A DNA stretch of 64,000 bases from Terriglobia bacterium (GTDB taxonomy: Bacteria > Acidobacteriota > Terriglobia > 20CM-2-55-15), in NCBI GenBank assembly GCA_965198225.1, contig CBDAOY010000007.1:64001-128000 (forward strand), read 5' to 3'. The translations under genes were made by a program, and so were the position numbers. Position 1 is the stretch's first letter; each line of letters begins with the position of its first letter. Below, piece after piece: positions 58,123 to 64,000 of the stretch. The notes under the pieces are model-generated. The model saw only the letters and a list, made by a program, of their open reading frames with translations. It did not search any database and had not been told where the DNA came from.

Positions 58123-60906
58123 TTACTCGATGCTTTTCAGGTAGGCCACCAGGTCGCGGAATCGCTGGTTGGTTTCCGCAGAGATGTCGGCTGGATCGAA
58201 GGTGCCGAGAAAGATAGGGTCGCCATGTCGACCGAGATCGTTGAACAGACCCTGGACGGCGAGCAGGTTGACCGCCCGGCCGTGGTGCAGGAACGGAGCG
58301 GCGTCCCAGACGCCGCGCAGCGACGGGACGTTGACGTTGCGGGTGTCGGCGGCGGAGTTCATGAGCAGCCTTCCGCTGAACGGACTTCGTGACGACAATG
58401 AGGGATCGGCCGGCGTGAAGTTGTTGGGCGTGTTCGCAAAGTTGAGGCGTCGATCCGAATCGACGCCGGCGAAGGGCAGCCGCTCGCGGGGCAATCGTTT
58501 CTGATAGCGTTCGAACGGGATCGGAACGCGGTCGAATACACTCTGTTCGAACGAACGGACGACGCCGTCGGGAACCCCGTCCCAATCCCGGTCGCGCGTG
58601 CCGCTGTCATCGAGGCTGAGAACCCTGTTCGACGTGAACGTGGGTGGGACGTGGTGCTCCAGACACCCGGCTTTCTGAAAAACATCCTCTCCGTTGACGG
58701 CACTCCCGAACACTAACGCACCGCCCTCGCTGTAGGCGATTGGAACGGCGGCGCCCAGGCTTCCATCCGGATCCCGGAAAGGGTTGGGCAGCAGTCGTGG
58801 TTCGGCTTCCAGAAACGCCGCGATTGCGGCGCTCGTCTTCTCGAAGCTGACGCCGGTGCGTTCCAGGACGAACATGCGGTTTCGATTCACATCTGCCACG
58901 GTCCGGCCCCGGTCCAGATCGTTCAGGATCCCGTCGCCGTTCGCATCGAACGGCGCTGGAGATTCGAAGAATCCGAATGGGCCCTCCGGCGCGACAGACC
59001 GGAACGTGCCCCGGAAGGTTTCCAGGTTGCGCCGGATTCCAGTTCGGTAGAACGGCGGGGTGCCTCGCAGGTTCCGGTTCGAAAGCGTCATCCGCAGCGT
59101 GCGACCCGGAGTGGCCGCAACGTGCCAGACTTTCGCATCCTTGTGGCTGCCGGGGTGGCAACTCTGGCACGACACATCCCGGTCCAGCGCGACACGAGAG
59201 CTCGTGTAGAAATCCTCGCCGACTTCGGCCAGGGTCGCGGGAAAGGGAGGCGTGCCGGCCGTTCCGATGTCCACGGCTCGATCGAAGACCACTTCACCCG
59301 TGTCTTCGACGCGAAAGATCGTGATGGACTCTCCCAGCCGGTTGGCGACGAACAACCGTTTGCCGGCAGCCGCAAAAACCGTTTCCTGTGGCATGCGTCC
59401 CCGAAAATAATCCGGATCGTCTTCGCCCATCAGGTACGGGCCGTCGTCGAACAGGGCCCGTCGGTCCAGAGCCCTCGGAAACGCGGTCTGTGACGGGTTC
59501 GCGAAAGCTCGGTCGGCGGGAGCGAGTATCGCTGTCGCGTCGGCGGCCTGCCGTTGGATTCGGAACGTTTCGACTTCGTCCGACGCGGCGTAGGCCACGA
59601 CCAGCAAGTCGTCTACGGCAGTCAACTGGTCGGGCAGTGCGCCTCCGATGATCGGCGGCAGGTTGTCCGGGTTCCGATCAAAGCCGTCGACGATCCGCAA
59701 GAGGACATTGCGGTCGGTCGGGAAGTTGAGGAAATTGTTAACGCCGAAAGCGCTCAGATACCTTGCGTCACCCGACGCCGGAACCAGCGCTCCGCGCCCG
59801 GGTCCCGCCGCGGGGCCGTAGGGTGGGTTTGGCGCCGAAGAGAAACGCATCCTGAGCGCGAACGGATCCAGAGTGGGATCGACGACGGCGATCTCGTTGT
59901 TCACGTCGTCGAAACCCTGTGCGAAACGGCCGAGTGTGGAGATGAACACCAGCCCTTCGGCGGCAATCACGTCGAGCGCCGGCGCGTTCAAGTCGAGCGA
60001 CGCCACTTGTGTGCGCGTGTCCAGATCGACGATCGAGACTCCCAGACCACTCATGTTCGCCACGTAGACGAGGTCGCCTGAAACAGCCAGGTCACGCGGG
60101 TTGACGTTCGTAAAATGGCGGACCAGGTCCCTGGGCGTGCTGGCGTTGGTGTTACCGAAGCCCGGGGCTGGGCCGATCAGTCGTTGATGGTCGCCGCCGA
60201 GACCGAACCCCGGATCGTCGTCGAGCTTGTAAGGCCGGTTGTCTGTCCAGAGCGGTATCCGAAACTGCACGGACGCTTCGAACGGGGGTTCGCTGTAGGT
60301 GTAGACATCTAATGAGTCCAGGGCACGATTCGTGACGAGCATCCAGGATCGCTCCGGGACGAAAGCGATCTTCTGATTGTAGAAGGAGCCGGCGATCCGT
60401 CCGACCTCGAGATCCTGGTTTGTGTCGATTACGCTCAGGTAGTTCGAGTATTGGTTGGCGACGATAAGGAACCGACCGTCGGGTGAGCGCGTGATTCCGA
60501 GGGGCCGGCTCCCAACGGCGATCTCTCCCGTCACCACGCCGTTCGCCGCGTCGAGCACCAGCACCGAGGAGCCCGGCTCGGCTTCGTTACCTTCGAGCGT
60601 CACATAGAGCCTGGCTTCGTCACTCGAGAGTGCCAGCCCGTAGGGATGACGTCGGAGCGGCTGAGGCGGTGCATCCTGGCCCGGTGCGCCCGGTTCCTGG
60701 TCGGGACTGTAGCCATTGGACAGGAAACTGTCGTAGAGCGCGAACGCGCCTTCATCGATGTCTCCAGTCTGCGAAAGCCGCGCGAAACGCTGCACCGGCT
60801 GGAGCGATCGGAACTCGTGCTGAGCCGCCTCGTTGATGGGGAACAAGAGCGAGGTTCCGACGATCGTCAACGCGATGAGGAGAGCTGGAACAGCCGATCG
60901 GTACAT
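58123..60906 (-). CDS. Exported YncE-like beta-propeller fused to a diheme cytochrome c peroxidase-like domain
   Basis: YVTN-type blades (IAVGSRPLGITRSPDG); SCQSCH; GCLEHH; NVPSLRGVWDAAPFLHHG...DLVAYLKSI. Confidence 0.82.
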   Translation of the reverse strand: MYRSAVPALLIALTIVGTSLLFPINEAAQHEFRSLQPVQRFARLSQTGDIDEGAFALYDSFLSNGYSPDQEPGAPGQDAPPQPLRRHPYGLALSSDEARLYVTLEGNEAEPGSSVLVLDAANGVVTGEIAVGSRPLGITRSPDGRFLIVANQYSNYLSVIDTNQDLEVGRIAGSFYNQKIAFVPERSWMLVTNRALDSLDVYTYSEPPFEASVQFRIPLWTDNRPYKLDDDPGFGLGGDHQRLIGPAPGFGNTNASTPRDLVRHFTNVNPRDLAVSGDLVYVANMSGLGVSIVDLDTRTQVASLDLNAPALDVIAAEGLVFISTLGRFAQGFDDVNNEIAVVDPTLDPFALRMRFSSAPNPPYGPAAGPGRGALVPASGDARYLSAFGVNNFLNFPTDRNVLLRIVDGFDRNPDNLPPIIGGALPDQLTAVDDLLVVAYAASDEVETFRIQRQAADATAILAPADRAFANPSQTAFPRALDRRALFDDGPYLMGEDDPDYFRGRMPQETVFAAAGKRLFVANRLGESITIFRVEDTGEVVFDRAVDIGTAGTPPFPATLAEVGEDFYTSSRVALDRDVSCQSCHPGSHKDAKVWHVAATPGRTLRMTLSNRNLRGTPPFYRTGIRRNLETFRGTFRSVAPEGPFGFFESPAPFDANGDGILNDLDRGRTVADVNRNRMFVLERTGVSFEKTSAAIAAFLEAEPRLLPNPFRDPDGSLGAAVPIAYSEGGALVFGSAVNGEDVFQKAGCLEHHVPPTFTSNRVLSLDDSGTRDRDWDGVPDGVVRSFEQSVFDRVPIPFERYQKRLPRERLPFAGVDSDRRLNFANTPNNFTPADPSLSSRSPFSGRLLMNSAADTRNVNVPSLRGVWDAAPFLHHGRAVNLLAVQGLFNDLGRHGDPIFLGTFDPADISAETNQRFRDLVAYLKSIE

Positions 60907-60916
60907 GGGTCGGACG

Positions 60917-62137
60917 CTACGGTATTTCTTTGATTCGCCGCGCGCGAATGATGAGGTTGGAGTCCATCTCGGCCGAAATCTCGACGTACCGTCCAGCACC
61001 GACGTTGCCTTCGAACTGCGTGGATGCGTCGATCATGACGGGAGTTGTGATGCCGTCATTGATCCGGACGCCGAGTTCATCCGTCCCACGGAATGTCACG
61101 ACGCCCTGGAAGCGGATCTGGCTGCTCATCCGTTCGACCTGGATCGCACGAGCGGTGAAGCGGGTAGAGAACCCCGTGTCTTCAAGCACGCCTTCGATCC
61201 GGACGGCGGCGCCGAGCTGCAGATCGCCGGCCGCGAGGGGGTTGGATGGACCCCTGTCCGGACAGTTTGGCTGCTGCTCCACCTCCGCCTCGGTCGGGTT
61301 CAGTATGCCGCACGGGTTTCCAGCATCGTCTTCGATCCGGGACACGATCGTCGTCACAGCGGTGTCGCGCGCAAGGAAAGCTTCGTTTCTCTCGTTGAGC
61401 CCGTTTCCGGCTATTGCCGTATCCGGAGTGAGGGTGACGGAGATGCCCTGGACTACGAGGAATGTCGGGGTCCCGGTCGTGGGAATCCGGGCGTCGATCG
61501 TGCCCTGGAGGCGGAAGAATCGGAACGCGACGATCCGATCCGCCCGGAACAGGGACGACGTCGTAGCGCCGACCCCGGTTTTATCCAGTTGGGACCCGGC
61601 GACGTCGACCTGCGTTCCGACTGCAAGTTCAGCCAGGGTGCCTGTCTGCGCCACCCCGTCGCGTTCGACCACGACGCGTGTCAGGGCGTCGACGCGAAAC
61701 TCGACTCCGTTGACCAGGATGGATTGAACCCCGTCGGCATCGAGGATACTTTCGATCGGACCGGTCATACGCATGCTGCCGGTCTGTACTTTGAGTTCGA
61801 CTTCGGACGCGCGGACGCTGCCGTCGGATCGCATCCATCCTTCGACCTCGACGTGCACGCCGGGCTTGAGGGCCCGGGAGGAGGTTCGGCCTCCCAGGCT
61901 GCCGCTGACGGTCGTGTGTTCGTCGACTTCAACCGGTACGGTCGCGCCGAAGACGCCGATACCCAACGTCACCAGATCTCCATCTTCGAACACCGTTTGC
62001 ACCGATCCGCTGAATCGTATGAAGCCGTTACTGGATTGCGCGTGGAGCGGGTAGGGCCACACAACCGCGATGCAGATTGACAGAAGAAAAACAACGATCC
62101 GGGTGGATCTAGTACTACCTAAGATCCGTTCTTTCAT
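60917..62137 (-). CDS. Exported DUF5666-like repeat protein
   Basis: Signal peptide; repeated LxxGxxVEVEG....ASEVE units with VDxxT. Confidence 0.7.
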   Translation of the reverse strand: MKERILGSTRSTRIVVFLLSICIAVVWPYPLHAQSSNGFIRFSGSVQTVFEDGDLVTLGIGVFGATVPVEVDEHTTVSGSLGGRTSSRALKPGVHVEVEGWMRSDGSVRASEVELKVQTGSMRMTGPIESILDADGVQSILVNGVEFRVDALTRVVVERDGVAQTGTLAELAVGTQVDVAGSQLDKTGVGATTSSLFRADRIVAFRFFRLQGTIDARIPTTGTPTFLVVQGISVTLTPDTAIAGNGLNERNEAFLARDTAVTTIVSRIEDDAGNPCGILNPTEAEVEQQPNCPDRGPSNPLAAGDLQLGAAVRIEGVLEDTGFSTRFTARAIQVERMSSQIRFQGVVTFRGTDELGVRINDGITTPVMIDASTQFEGNVGAGRYVEISAEMDSNLIIRARRIKEIP

Positions 62138-62220
62138 TCACTCCACCGTGACTAAACGCGATTCTACCACCGAACAAGCCGGCCCGGAGTCTCTCTAACG
62201 CCATCCGTGGGAGGTCCAGC

Positions 62221-64000
62221 TCAGTTCTCGTTCGCGGTTCCCAGAATTTTCGAATCAAAGAAGTCGCCGACGCGACCCAGGCTGTCCTCAACACTTGCGG
62301 GACGCCAGTGATACCAGCCGTGCGGTTCCTGCTCGTACAGCTTCTCGACGTATTCTTTTCCGTATTGCTCCATGATCGGGACGATTTGCCGGACCTGGTC
62401 GTAGCGGGCCGACCCGTCACCCTCAGCGTACAGAAACATGACCGGTGTTTCAAAGTTCTCGACGAAATGCACCGCTGAGCGCTGGTAGAAACCTTCGTAA
62501 TTTGACAGAGGGGTACCGCCGATCATGTGGCCCGTCCAACCGAATTCTCCAAGGCCCGCATTGTAGTCGGCGAGCGTGACGAGATCGGTTACGCCGTAGA
62601 AGTTCACCGCCGCCTTGAAATCCCTGGGTTGCTGAATCAACGTTGCCATCACGAAGAAACCGCCCGTGCTGCCACCGACCATTCCCATACGGTTGCGATC
62701 GATCAGCTTGCGGCTTCCCAGGATATCGACGGCCATCATCGCGTCGCGGATGTCCCGGTCGCCGCCGTGCGTATGGTTGGCTTCGGCGTAGGCTTTCCCC
62801 TGTCCGGTACTGCCCCTGAAATTCGGTGCGAAAACGACATACCCCTTGCTCACGTAGTACTGCACGTAGGGCTGCCAGCCCACCGGGTGCTGTCCGGTCG
62901 AGTTGGCTCGGTAGAACATCACGAACGGCGCCCGATCTCCGTCTTCGACACCCCGGGGTTTGTAGAGAAACCCCTGGACCTCCATGCCGTCAAAGCTGGC
63001 ATAGCGCATCAGCTCGGGCCAGACGAACAGGTCCTCGTCCCGGAGGGAGGATGTCGGCTCTCGGTGAGTCTCTGCGGTTCGCCTCCACCTGCGCTTATCA
63101 CCCAGAGGTCCGAGGTGTCGGAAGGGGACATATGGGTGTAGGCGATGCCGTCGCCCTGTGGGAGCCATCGGAAGGTTCCGCGCACCTGTATGCGTTCCAT
63201 CCCGCCGTTGACACCCGGCCGTTCTGTGACCCGGACAGGTGTGCCGCCACCGACGGGGACACTCTCGATGTAGTAGTTGTAGTCGACGTTGACGACGTAA
63301 GCGATCGAGCGTCCGTCCGGCGCCCAGGACGGATTGGCGTGATCGTGGGCAGTTTCGGTCAGCAGATGCGTTTCACCCGAATCGACGTCGACGAACGCCA
63401 CGTTGTCGTGGCCGGTCCGGTCCGTCACGAACGCGACTCTCCTACCGTCGGGAGACCAATGAGGATCCCTCTCCCGGAACCCCAGGGTGTCGGGCGTCAA
63501 CATCCTCTCCTCACCGTTGGCGACGCTGACGACGTAGAGATCGCCGTTCGATACGAAGCTTTCGTCCCGGACGCGGTTTGCGCTGTAGGCGATGTGGCCT
63601 CCGTCGGGTGACCATTGCAGGTCTCCGCCACCGGTCGCGCTGATGCGTCCCAGCTCGCCGGTGGACACTTCGGCCCGCAGGATTCCTCCGCCGAGCAGGC
63701 CGCTGCTGGAGAAAGCCAGGTAGCGGCTGTCGGGCGACCAGGTGGTCGAAGACTCGCTGGACCAGTCGGTGTCGGTCAGGTTCCGGGGTTCGCCGCCCGA
63801 GGCGGCGATCTCGCTTTCCGAAGCGGCGATCACGTAGACGTCGTCCCGTTCGGAGCTGTATTTGGTGTGTCGGTCGACCTGGAAAGCGATCCAGTTGCCA
63901 TCAGGAGACCATCGCGGGTTTTTGGCCCGCATCGGCGGGCGGAGGGATGTCAATCGCTCCGGTTCGCCTCCGCCGATGCCGACCTTCCACAGGTTGTAGT
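62221..64000 (-). CDS. S9 family peptidase with TolB-like propeller (5' partial; one frameshift near 63050)
   Basis: PD40 repeats run in frame off the window edge; the catalytic part has NFRGSTGQG, GGSTGG and EPHG. One added base in CATCCTCCC restores ...ESRHPSLRDEDLF. Confidence 0.85.

Noticed and set aside
700-62080. Long antisense ORFs (700-1701, 4454-5794, 29377-30765, 35909-37231, 39342-40574, 55405-56622, 60833-62080)
   Set aside because: Shadow frames of real genes, typical of high-GC codon usage, with no family motifs.

Overview
GC-rich (~62%) bacterial DNA. The gene content (FtsY without an acidic N-terminal extension, TonB receptors with a carboxypeptidase-regulatory domain, CRTAC1/ASPIC, TPR proteins) suggests Acidobacteriota, which is an inference. 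1-16.9 kb is mostly housekeeping on the minus strand: ribBA-ribE-ribD, ftsY, gpsA, thpR, cinA, pgpA, yacG, rimO, a MoxR-DUF58-transglutaminase trio, then a plus-strand usp. The standout feature is a group II twintron. A class IIC intron (16981-19777, RT ORF, inserted behind the usp terminator) carries a second, ORF-less, IIB-type intron (17384-18254) inside its own ribozyme. The inner intron's EBS1 (ACTATG) exactly complements the host's CATAGT at the insertion point. 29-64 kb is an accessory region of exported proteins: two TonB receptors, three TPR partners, CRTAC1, a CehA/McbA-like hydrolase, an amidase with a Tat-type small partner, two S9 peptidases with an atypical oxyanion loop, an array of divergent DUF1028/peptidoglycan-binding proteins, an octaheme-TPR lipoprotein and a propeller/diheme protein with a CxxHH motif. 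Intergenic DNA holds several repeat families and a possible Acidobacteria ncRNA. Two frameshifts, a noisy duplication and a gene-fusion junction suggest some assembly error. All calls come from reading the sequence; no database searches were run.
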